A stretch of 63,511 nucleotides of DNA, the filler included, from Octopus bimaculoides (taxonomy: Eukaryota): assembly GCF_001194135.2 (NCBI RefSeq). It is 6 parts of 4 records of this genome, joined end to end, with 100 filler letters (N's around TTAATTAATTAA, not from the genome) between each part and the next. Parts side by side here need not be neighbours in the genome. Positions count along the whole stretch, not along the records: positions 28,890 to 46,590 come from NC_068987.1; positions 46,691 to 54,830 come from NC_068987.1; 4 more parts are not named here. One strand, written 5' to 3'. Every line of letters begins with the position of its first letter. Positions within the stretch are counted from its first letter, which is position 1. The notes under the pieces are model-generated. The model saw nothing but the letters and a program-made list of their open reading frames with translations. It was not told the DNA's origin and ran no database searches. The position numbers and the translations under genes are program-made. Positions 36,421-46,759 of the stretch are shown here, in pieces.

Positions 36421-36699
36421 ATTTATGCACATATTCGAAAATTCTGGTGTTATGGACCCTGTAAAAAGGATTTTACCTATTTCTTCACTCAAGGTCAATC
36501 AAACTGTGCATGCCATTAATTCAAACTAAGAAAATTATTGTAACTTGTAGATATTTAATCATAATATAAGAATTATGAGAAATGTTGCTTGCAAAATACA
36601 TTAAGTTATTGTGTATGTTTGTCTTGACAGAAATATATCATCAGAATATAAATATCTGTTTAAATGATTTATATTTTTATAGGACAGTATGAACAATAA

Positions 36700-37830
36700 A
36701 TATGACAGTAAACATTTGGGAGTGGGGCAGTAATGGCACTAACAGGTATATATGTGCCAGAATATACACTATGCACTGTGCTGCTCCATACAATGGATTG
36801 GGTGTAAGATCTTTTATTTGTCTCAGTCATTAGACTGTGGCCATGCTGGGATGCTGCCTTGAAGAATTTTGTGCTGAATGAATTGACTCTTGTACTTATA
36901 ATTTTGTTAAGCCTACCACTTATTCTGTCAGTCACTTTTGCCAAACTGCTAAGTTACAGGGATGTAAACACCAATATTCCTGGTGCTGATATGTACATAT
37001 TCCATCCCTGGGCAGGCTTTTCTGGAGACAGTATTGCATATTGTTTTGTCAACATCATGTTGCGTTGAGAGGTAGTACCTTAAAAACATTTCTGGACAGC
37101 TGCTGGTTACATGTGTTATGTCCTCCACGAAAGAGTGACATAACCAACATTTGCTTTCCCATTTGTTCATAAATATTTTGTAGCAATGTCCAGCTTGTGG
37201 ATTCCTAAAATATAGCCTTCAAGGTATGACATGATTTGACAATCAGAAGTTCCTAGAGAGACTACATTTCATGTTAACATTGTCATCTTTTGCTAAAGCA
37301 GCAAGCTGGCAGAATCGCTAGCATGCTGGGCAAAATGCTCAGCAGCATTTCATCCATCTTTATGCTCTGAGTTCAAATTCCACTATGGTTGATTTTGCCT
37401 TTCATCCTTTCAGGGTTGATAAAATAAATACCAGTTGAACACTGAAGTCATGATAATTGACTTATTCCCTTTTCTGAATTTGCTGGCCTTGTGCCACAAT
37501 TTGAAGCCATTATTGTCATTTTTATCTATCAATAGTTTACAGGAAACACCTTTTTGTGACTTGTAGTGTTTCTCTTCAAGATCTTTATTAAAATATATGA
37601 GCTCTGTGCTTCTGAGTTCATAAGGGAGGTCATCAAGAAGTGGGTATTTCTTGAGGAGTTCACTACCAATCCAAAGGTTGTAGTTCACTTCAATTTCAAG
37701 CATTTGGCAGATGTCTTTATTTTTGCTGCTATTGTTTAGTGGCTGCTGTCTGAGTGATATCATACAGCACTTGAAAATTGTCTGTACTGATCTTAAGCCT
37801 CTGCCACCTTCTTTAATTCTGAGTTACAGA
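36700..37830 (-). pseudogene. R4/Dong-clade (RLE) LINE 3' fragment interrupted by SINE A (37302-37515) and SINE B (36810-36975)
   Basis: MISLRQQPLNN.. (post-RT region), then YLEGYILGIHKLDIATKYF..KCWLCHSFVEDITHVTSSCP..RYYLSTQHD (CCHC knuckle, and QHD corresponding to the RHD motif of RLE elements). Confidence 0.75.
37302..37515 (+). mobile_element. SINE family A, CpG-decayed
   Basis: CACGCCGGG>CATGCTGGG, TTCGTCCGTC>TTCATCCATC, TTCGGGGTCGA>TTCAGGGTTGA. Confidence 0.88.
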
Positions 37831-37875
37831 CTGTTGATGTGTATGTATGCTTGTATGAATGATGTCATTATTCAG

Positions 37876-37966
37876 TTTATTTCAAGATTTCTTACCAATA
37901 GAGAAAGAACCAGTTTCTAACCAAGATCCAAATCTCTTTTGTTGGAATTTCAACAACATCAACAGG
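37876..37966 (+). CDS. Candidate exon of an unidentified gene (alternative acceptor would start it at 37887)
   Basis: TTATTCAG or TTATTTCAAG acceptor and AGG|GTATTT donor. Only one frame is open: LFQDFLPIEKEPVSNQDPNLFCWNFNNINR, ending in phase 0. Confidence 0.3.
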
Positions 37967-38329
37967 GTATTTTTGCATATATGTGTGTATATGTGCAGTA
38001 TTTGGAGTCAGTGCTTGTGCAGATTTGTATGTTTTGTTTTATGTATGCATTCTCATGCTTATAGTTGCACATCTAGACATGTGCATATATACTTGAATAA
38101 TAAATGTCTGAAATGTTTTACAAATTTTTACAGTTCCCGTGATGGCTTGGGCATGTATACACACTCAAATACATGCATAGATACTGACAAACAGACAGGT
38201 TGATCATGACCAATGTCATAAGCTGAAGAAACGTTAGCAAAAGAAAAAGGTTGGGTTTTTGGGTCTGTGAGTTCTCGAATGACCAAAGTTAAAAGGTTAT
38301 AGCTAACAGAATCCTATCCAAAAGATTTG

Positions 38330-38680
38330 AGTGTCATGAGATACTGTTCTGAGTCCATTTTTGTTCTTTATCATATCGTTGGATATAGACAAAAAATATC
38401 CAGCCAATCATATTCATCAGTTACACAGTTATCACTAGAGTGATACTTAAAATCAAGACAAGTGAAGAAATTTGTACACTCTAAGACATACGTGTTATAC
38501 ACAACAGGACTAAATGATAATAACCTACCCTCCATTACTGCCAAAAAAGTTCCCTACGAAGTATTCTAACATGCTCAAAAACAAAGAAGCAATTCAAAAT
38601 TCTAAATAAGTTCATGACCTAGGCATAGTAATTTTTGCAGATTCACGCTCCACCAATCATCTAGATGCTACAATAATACT
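38330..38680 (+). pseudogene. Decayed CR1/L2-group RT C-terminal fragment
   Basis: DTVLSPFLFFII (from QGTVLGPLLF), a degraded region where YADD would lie, and VHDLGIVI (from VKDLGV). Confidence 0.5.
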
Positions 38681-38913
38681 CAGTATAGTAGATTTAAAAT
38701 GAACATAAGGTAACAATAAAATTTAAAAAAAAAAAAAACTAAGATGGAAATAATGAAATTACGAAATGTATTTGCTCTTCATTTTACCTTCATTTCTGTT
38801 CTACCATAGCAAGGTAAGCCCCATGCAAATGTAACATCAAAATTCCCCTCAAGTCCAAGCCAAGAACATCAGTTTTAATGTTTTACTATCAACAACGCTG
38901 TTGAATAATTTCT

Positions 38914-38984
38914 TTCAGCTTCTGTTACTTATGTCAAGACGACATTTGTGAAGAGTCATCTTGACATAAGTAACTGAGGTTGAA
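38914..38984 (+). ncRNA. Pre-miRNA-like hairpin (candidate)
   Basis: Perfect 16-bp stem GTTACTTATGTCAAGA (38924-38939) / TCTTGACATAAGTAAC (38959-38974), extending to 28 pairs with 2 G-U and two 1x1 mismatches; 11-nt loop. No expression evidence. Confidence 0.35.
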
Positions 38985-39641
38985 TTTTTACATCAAAACA
39001 ATCTCCTGTGTGCACAACAAGAAGCTAAATTTTATCAAAAAATATGATGGTGGTAGTGAGTTTATGTACGTATCTATCTCTGTAAAAGATTGTTGATCTC
39101 CACTTTCTGTTGTAAAGGGAAATGCATTCTGTACTATTCTAAATGTGTGATTTACTTCACACTCATAGAGCAAAAATAAAAATAAATTGAAATTTAAAAA
39201 AGGTGTAGCAAGATTCGAAACCAAATCAACAAATTTCCAAGCTAAAATCACATCTTAGTAACAGCATTTTCCTGTGAGCAGCCGAGTTATGGACCAATCA
39301 GCAGCCAGACATCACATGACAGATTTTTCTAGAAGCCTGTAGAATGTCCCTGTCAGGACTTATGAATAGACATATTTTTTGTGCTAACTTTGCAGAAGTT
39401 TGAAGACAAACAGGCAAAATAGCATCTCCACTCTCACTAGGCCATTTACACAGAGACCAGCCAATTCATTTTCACATGTCTCACCTCTTGCCCCAACTCA
39501 GTGTGGTGGCCTGCAGCTCAGCTATCCACATACTCTCTTGCTGTTTTTAATAGTCATTATCACAGCACTTACTCAACCTTCCCATACCACTACTGTTGGC
39601 TAATATGAATTCAGTGTGTATATTTTTTCCTGTCTTGGCAG

Positions 39642-39673
39642 CATAATTACAAAACCTTTTTAATCAACTATTT
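39642..39673 (+). CDS. Candidate 32-nt exon of an unidentified gene
   Basis: Strong acceptor TATTTTTTCCTGTCTTGGCAG and donor TTT|GTAAGA. The only open frame is phase 0 (HNYKTFLINY), matching the phase-0 end of 37876-37966. Confidence 0.3.
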
Positions 39674-39789
39674 GTAAGAGTTACAGAATAATTCTTTCTA
39701 GTGTGTGAACTTGTTGCAATTTCTAACTCATGATCAACATGAAAATTACGCTGGTTTACAGAGAAAATGAGGCAAACATAAAAATAGTC

Positions 39790-40655
39790 ATTCTTACCTA
39801 ATTTTGGGGTGCTGATTTCAGATACAAAACCAATTTTTATTCATCACCTCTAGTTTTTGAGATATATATTATTATGATTTTGCAACAATTCACGTAACCA
39901 TATATACGATCACTTTTTATTTTGTTTTCCAGGTTTTTGTGATACATATGATACATATCTCTATAAAGGCTTCAGGCACTTCAAGACACCAAAGATGTAT
40001 CAACAAGACAAATTCATTCTGCTACATGTGTGGGAATTTCATGACAGTTGCACAGCGCTGAACAAGTACTTCCCTCCTGAGAACTGCTTACTTTTATTAT
40101 TTTGACTGTAAAATTAGAGATCAGGACAAATCCTGGGTCCCATACATCTGTTGTAAACCCTGCTACAATGGACTAACTGCATGGTTTAACAGCAAGAAAA
40201 CAGTCTTCAACTTCCTTGTCCCAATGGTCTGGAGAGAGAGTCATGAAGCCATGTAGATGATTGTTATTTTTGTCTAACAAATATAACAGGTTTCAATGCT
40301 TCTTCTAGAAAAAAGATCAAATATCCCAACCTTCCTTCAGCTATGAGACCTGTTCCCCACTCAGATGATCTCTCTGTCTCTACACACCCAGCAAATAAGG
40401 ATCTTCTTCTTTCATCAGATGAAGAAATGCCTTCAGGGGAAGATTCTCCCAAGTAGATCTCTTTTGAAGACAATGTCTCTATTTATTCAGGTGCAAGAGG
40501 AAGACCTGAATGACCTTGCCCATGATTTGTATCTATCTAAGCAGCAGTCAGATCTCCTGGTATCTTGACTTAAGCAGTGGAACCTGGTTAAGGCAGATGT
40601 AAGGATCACCAGTTTCAGGACATGGAACCAGGACTTTGCTTCATTCTTCAAGATC
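39790..40655 (+). pseudogene. Chapaev3-like (CMC superfamily) DNA transposon, transposase N-terminal remnant
   Basis: RCINKTNSFCYMCG; YFDCKIRDQDKSWVPYICCKPCYNGL; PMVWRE..DDCYFCLTNITGFNASSRKKIKYPNLPSAMRPVPHSDDL; EDLNDLAHDLYLSKQQSDLLVS*LKQWNL. Upstream TTTTGGGGTGCTGATTTC subterminal-like sequence. Confidence 0.75.
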
Positions 40656-40949
40656 CTAGAACCAAAGTGTTACATAAAAAGCATTGGTGTGAGTGCTGGT
40701 GCCACATAAAAAGCATTGGTGCTGGCACTATGTAAAAAGCATCCAGTGCAGTCTGTGGAGTGGTTGGTGTCAGGAGGAGCATTCAGCCATAGAAACCAAA
40801 CCAAAACAGACTATGGAAACTGGTGTGGCCACTGGCCTTGCCAGTTCCTGTCTAGCCATCCAACCCATACCATCATGCAAAACAAATGTTAAATGTTGAT
40901 GATGATGATAATACCAACAAAGCCAAATTTAGACATAGTGAGACACTAA

Positions 40950-41002
<53 letters not shown>

Positions 41003-41019
41003 AGTGATCGAGACTTTTG

Positions 41020-41264
41020 GCAATATATTGTGCTTGCGAAGATCTGTCAAGTCAAGTGAGATCACTTGGCATCCATGCTGCTGGCACCCATACCATTGGC
41101 ACATAAAAAGCACCCTCTACACTCTTGGAGTGGTTTGTGTTAAGAAGGGCATCCAGCTGTAGAAACCATGCCAAATCAGATTGGAACCTGGTGCAGCTCC
41201 TCAGCTTACCAGTTTTCAGTCAAACTGTCCAACCCATGCTAGCACGGAAAATGGACGTTAAATA

Positions 41265-41297
<33 letters not shown>

Positions 41298-41300
41298 GTG
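41020..41300 (+). mobile_element. RTE LINE 3'UTR fragment with (GAT)n tail, CpG-decayed
   Basis: AAGAAGGGCATCCAGCTGTAGAAACC..GTCCAACCCATGCTAGCACGGAAAATGGACGTTAAA(TGA)n. Confidence 0.85.
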
Positions 41301-42138
41301 GTGGTGATATAAAGTTTGGAAGTTCCTTATTAAAAAATTACACTGGGTCTCACAAAAATGAAAAATAAATTCCTTTAAATTTTTTTGAACCCTGCAAATT
41401 ATCTAAAAGATCCCTAACTATAACTTACACCTAAACCTGGCATTGTTTAACTAGCATCCTATATAGACAAGATAGGCAATCGACAAATAAAGTAAACAAG
41501 AGGTTTCTAATAATCTTTCTTAGAATGAGCATGTGTGTGTGTTTATGTTTGCTTCATTATTTGTTGTCATCACTGTTGTTGTATATTGGTTTCATATTTA
41601 CAATGTTCTATATTTTTTAAACAAAAAAAAAACAAACTTTCATTGTTGTAACTGAATTTCCAGATAAGGAACAGTACAGGTAACCTTTTATACTTTGCCT
41701 TTACATTGAGCCTAAGCAAAAATAGCAAGCTACAAGAACTCTTTATTTATTTATTTATCTATTTATTTATTTTTCAAATGCATTCTTACATAAATTGTAA
41801 AATAAAATGAGGTTCTGAATGAATGGATAACATAGATTATTTTAGCTATTAAAATGCCTTCAAGCTGATGAACCAAGTAAACAGTCACTAGGTGGTCACT
41901 TGACTTGCTAGAAATAGTAGCAAAGCACAGCTTATTGTTTAAAATAAGGAAATGATATGTTTGAGAATTTAGTCCTAGAGCCCCCACCTTCTAAAAAGAG
42001 AATTCGACACTCATAGATCCAATATCTTTTAACATGGGTTTGCTTGATTAGGGCTTATTTAGAACTAAGCAACCACATATTTGAATCAGTTATTCTCTAA
42101 AAAATTTCTTATGCACACCAACTAATACATATTTTTAG

Positions 42139-42197
42139 TGATTCTTTCAACACTTCTATGGCAAGAGAGGTGAAGGATGGCATCACTGATGAAGTCT
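42139..42197 (+). CDS. Candidate exon (donor after 42169 or 42197)
   Basis: Branch-like CTAAT plus ATTTTTAG acceptor. Phase-2 frame open (DSFNTSMAREVKDGITDEV) and compatible with the phase-2 end of 39642-39673; donors weak. Confidence 0.18.
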
Positions 42198-42329
42198 GTA
42201 TAAAAACGAAACATTTCCAGATATATCTCTCATTTTAGGCTGTTATAGAAAGCTGATGGAAGAAACAATGTCTGGGGCTATAGTAGAAGACACTTGCCAC
42301 ATTTCATAACATTAGCATCAACCTCAAGT

Positions 42330-45200
42330 TTACAGAAAACATTCTCATGTACAACTTTTTTGTAGATTGGTGGGCATTTCTCTTCTAGGTCTTTGAGGTG
42401 GGACAATCCAACAATTCTAGGGTTGCATTGGAGATCGTTGAGAAGTTAGTACTTCTTCTGGAGTTCACTGCTATCCCATAAGATATTTCTTTCTTCACTT
42501 TTGATCACTTGATAGTTGTATTTATTTTTGATGCAGTTGTTTAGCTGGTACTGTCTGAATGATACTTTGACATTCAATTGTCGTCTGCACTCATCTTAAG
42601 CTACATTCCCATTCTTTTCTTCTGAGATAAATCCTATCAACAGGATCTTGCTTATTTTAATACCTATGGCATTGATCACCTCTATAAACCAGTTAAATAT
42701 CCCAAATATTGTTATCAGTGCCTGTGTTGCAAATGCATTGTCTTATTGCTAGAAGAAAGCTCCAACTGCTATACTTTTTTAGATCTGGTATATGTTTTGG
42801 TCACTTTCTCTTTTTCCATAGCAACCTTATATTTTTATCAATACCTAGATATTTGTAGCAGTTGTGTGGGACCGAGGAGATATGAATGAAACAGTTTTTC
42901 AGTGTTCAGATATCAAATATGAAAATTTCTTTTGGCCCAATTTCATTCTTAAATCTCCAGAAAACATTATTAAATCAAGCTGTTTCTCAGCATTATAAAT
43001 AGTTCTAAAATACATTTTTAGATCATTCACAAAGAAATTATGGGATATGTTAATGCCTCTTCTGATTATAGACTGTAATACATAACAACAGGATTTTCAT
43101 AAAAGAAAATGACAGTGGATTTAATACCAAAATAAACAGAAGCACAGATAGAGCATCTCTTTGAAATATTTTCTTTAAAATATTTACATCAGAGATAATC
43201 ATTCTGCTTCCAGTTATAAGTGTGAGGATTATTGACCAGAGCTTTGCAATCTTTTCAGTGACAAGTCACAAAGGAGGAACGGAATCAAACACCATTCTGT
43301 AATCAAGACATACTGTTACAATACTTCTGTGTTTTCTTCCATCATGTTGCACAGCTTTATTTATCAACAGTTGCTTGACACATTTGTACACTCCTTCTGC
43401 TAGTCAGTCACTATTTCATTAGACTCTCAATGGTCTTTGAGGAATTAGTTGAGACAGCTTGTAGTAAAGCTTGTATAGAATGTTTAAGCAAGCAATGGGC
43501 CTATGGTTTTCTGTCAGGTCAATTATGCATCAGGACTGATGACAATGTAGTTACAGACTTTAAAATATGTCATGGTTGTTACCATTAAATTGTGATTCCA
43601 TCTCCACTATAACATTATCCTGACTAAAATAATATAGAGACATGTGATGGCAGTCTTTGACAGTTTGATTCAGTGATACGTTCATTGCTGACCACCAACC
43701 AGGGTTTGCTATGGATGAGACACATTTTACTCCATAGAATTTTTACTTTCTTGAATGAAAATTGTATGCCTTGGATGATTTCTTTAATGATTTCCCCAAA
43801 CTTTCAGCAGATTTCTCAACATTTAAAAAGTTTCTTTCATTTCTGCTGTTCTTAGAAAGGGTTTCTTTAGTTGCTAAAGCTGTTATAGCAATGGTATTTC
43901 TCTTAAAGTGTTTTCTGAGGTTGTTCATATTTTACAGTAATAGTTATTATTTTCAGTACAACCAATGCAATTAAGCCATTAAATAGCAAATAACATGCAA
44001 TAATCCACTGCTACTGCCTCTATATATGTTTGGGGTCTTGATTGTTTGTCAAGAATTGCTGTATCAAAGCTTTTACTTGTTCATATGTACAAAGCTACCT
44101 TGTTACACTTTAAGACTTGTTTTTTGTTAATTGTGATGCTTTTAAAAAGTGTGTGCTACTTGAGATTGAACTTTAGATTCGTGTAGAGGCTCTGAACAGC
44201 TTTTAAGTTATGACTAAGTGGTTCAGTATCTGTCATTGTATCATGAGTTGCAACATCTAGGAGATGCCTATAACAACAGACACAGACAGCAAGCAGACAA
44301 CTGCTTTATTGTTATTGCCAAAACTGTATGAATATCACTCCTTTTTTACTGCACCATCAAAACATTCTCTGACAAGTTGTCATACTTCAGCAACAACTTT
44401 CAGAGTTTATTTTTGAGTGACTCATAGAGAATATTTCCTTCAGTAGAACCATGACATAAAATCCATTAAAAGACTCCTTCAGTGATAAATTTGAGGCATG
44501 TTGTGACTTGGTCAAATCTGCTGATGCCTGACATTTCATTATGGAATATCATTAAGTCTTTTGTTACCATTTACTCTTATTCTAAAACAAACTTAGTCAT
44601 GATATTTAGAATTTCGTTTTTGGCAATAATTGAGATCTATTTGCATACTTTTGCAGTCCTACTTCTGGCCAAAAGAGATCTTTATGTCTATACTAGAAAC
44701 AATCATCTGTGGAACATTTTCTGAAATGAACCAGTGAAATGGATGTTAGCCCTTTTGTTGCCATATCTTTAGTGAAATACACTGTCTTTGTTTCAATTAA
44801 TACTTAAGATAATGAAGAATTTAATAACTTTGCCCTTATTAAGCTGGTACTTGGAATAAAAATCAGCATGAAATTTTTGACGGAAGTTTATAATTTAGAT
44901 CACTTAAACCATTTTCTGACTATATTTCTGTTGAAATACACTGCTTTGCTTCAGTTAATTTTGAAAATAATATTACATACTTATTGCAGCTGTAATGGCA
45001 GACAATGGGTGCAGCAGTTTGTAACGTTTAATAGTCTTGATTGTCTTGTAATTGGTATCTTACTCTAAAGATTTCAGAAGCTGTTAAACTACATCCAGCT
45101 CTTCCATTGCCAGGCAGTCCTTTAGATTATCACTGCACCAGCTAGGGCTGGAACCCAAAAGATCTTTTACTTTGTCCTTCAGAGTTAAGTTTGCCTACAT
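42330..45200 (-). pseudogene. Long decayed R4/Dong-clade LINE (RT domain)
   Basis: Minus strand: HRPIACLNILYK (43468-43505), VKQLLINKAV, DYRMVFDSVP (about 43290), ISHNFFVNDLKMY (degraded YxDD, about 43030), YKYLGID (about 42845). 42450-42600 is homologous to 37640-37800. Confidence 0.85.
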
Positions 45201-45699
45201 CAAGACAGCATGGATTGGAGTAACAACTGTCCAATGTTCTACCTGCACTACAGAAAGGTTTTCAACCTTAGTTATTGCATTTGCCTCTACTTGACAATGA
45301 TGTGTAACAATGGAACATAGGGTTCGATTATTTTATATAGCCTTCAATAGCTAACTACTAATTGTTTTATTAAATCAAAGGATTAAAAGGTAAAGTTAAA
45401 TCTGCAACATTTGAACTGGGAATCTAAAGGAACATAAATAAATGCCACAAGGTATTTAATTAAGCAATCTGCTACATATGCTATACTACTCCATAACACT
45501 AATAATTATGAGGATATCTAACACAGGCACAAGATCACATGTTTTGGAGGCTAAAAATAGTCAATTAAAATAACCCCTGGAAGATGAAAGATAAAATTGA
45601 ACTTAACAGAATCTGAACTTGTAATGTAAAAAAAGGAAAGCAAAATATCATAAAAAGAATTTATTTGGCACTCCATTGCTTCTGCAATAGACACCCTCA

Positions 45700-46231
45700 T
45701 TCTTACCCTAATATTAATAATAATGTCTTTATTGGCCACAAGGATCCAAAACCATTGTAAATGGTGCAAAAGACTTGATGCAAAACAGCAGGGGCTTACA
45801 ACAACAGATAGCAACAAGGTAAAGTGCGGAACAATCACATAACCCTAATCAAGGAGCCTAATAGATTAAGTTACCCAGGCCATCAAAAGCAAGGGTCCTC
45901 ACACCCACTTGCTATTGTCCTGTATACAAGCTTATGGTCAGAGTAAGCCCATTTACTTGGACAGTGCTTGCCATTCTTACTTCCCTTTTAAGACATTCAC
46001 TGAAGGGCAGCACACCCTTCTCCACCTTTACCTCCCTCTCCAAGAGGATCTTGAAGAAGTCTATGAAGGCTTGGCTGAAGAAGAAAGAATCTGTTTTAAA
46101 TCCATTAAACTTTCAGAGAAGTTTATAGTCTTTGAGCTTTGTTTGTTACATTTGTTACACAACTTAATATGGTATGCCAGAAGTCACAATACCTTAATAG
46201 ACAGTTTACCATTTAAGAACCCATTTGTTTG

Positions 46232-46232
<1 letters not shown>
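45700..46232 (-). pseudogene. L1/Tx1-like LINE 3' fragment
   Basis: TDSFFFSQAFIDFFKILLEREVKVEKGVLPFSECLKREVRMASTVQVNG resembles the C-terminal region of Tx1/L1 ORF2 (from memory). Confidence 0.45.
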
Positions 46233-46265
<33 letters not shown>

Positions 46266-46283
46266 TGATGATGATAATAATAA

Positions 46284-46497
46284 TCCTTTCTACTGGAGGC
46301 ACAAGGCCTAATATTTATAGAGAGGAGACTAGTCAATTACATCGACCCCAGTGTTTCACTGGTACTTAATTTATCAATCTCGAAAGGATAAAAGGCAAAG
46401 TCGACCTCAGTAGAATTTGAACTCAGAACGTAGCAGCAGACGAAATACTGCTAAGCAATTTGCCCAGCGTGCTAATGATTCTGCCAGCTCACTGCCT
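46284..46497 (-). mobile_element. SINE family A flanked on both sides by (AAT)n, partly CpG-decayed
   Basis: Full-length reverse-strand copy; (AAT)n at 46232-46283 and 46520-46563. Confidence 0.9.
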
Positions 46498-46517
46498 TCT
46501 TCTTCTTCTTCTTCTTC

Positions 46518-46569
<52 letters not shown>

Positions 46570-46759
46570 CACTACTACAGACAGTACACGNNNNNNNNNN
46601 NNNNNNNNNNNNNNNNNNNNNNNNNNNNNNNNNNTTAATTAATTAANNNNNNNNNNNNNNNNNNNNNNNNNNNNNNNNNNNNNNNNNNNNATATATATAC
46701 ACATATATGCATACACACATACATATATATATACACACACACATACATATATATACATT

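Noticed and set aside
39558-39566. TATCACAGC matching the miR-2 family 5' end
   Set aside because: Only 9 nt match, the rest differs, and there is no hairpin able to hold a 22-nt duplex.
42186-42212. Hammerhead-like CTGATGA...GAAAC core
   Set aside because: The intervening sequence cannot form stem II (no R-Y closing pair or helix), and no flanking stems I/III were found.
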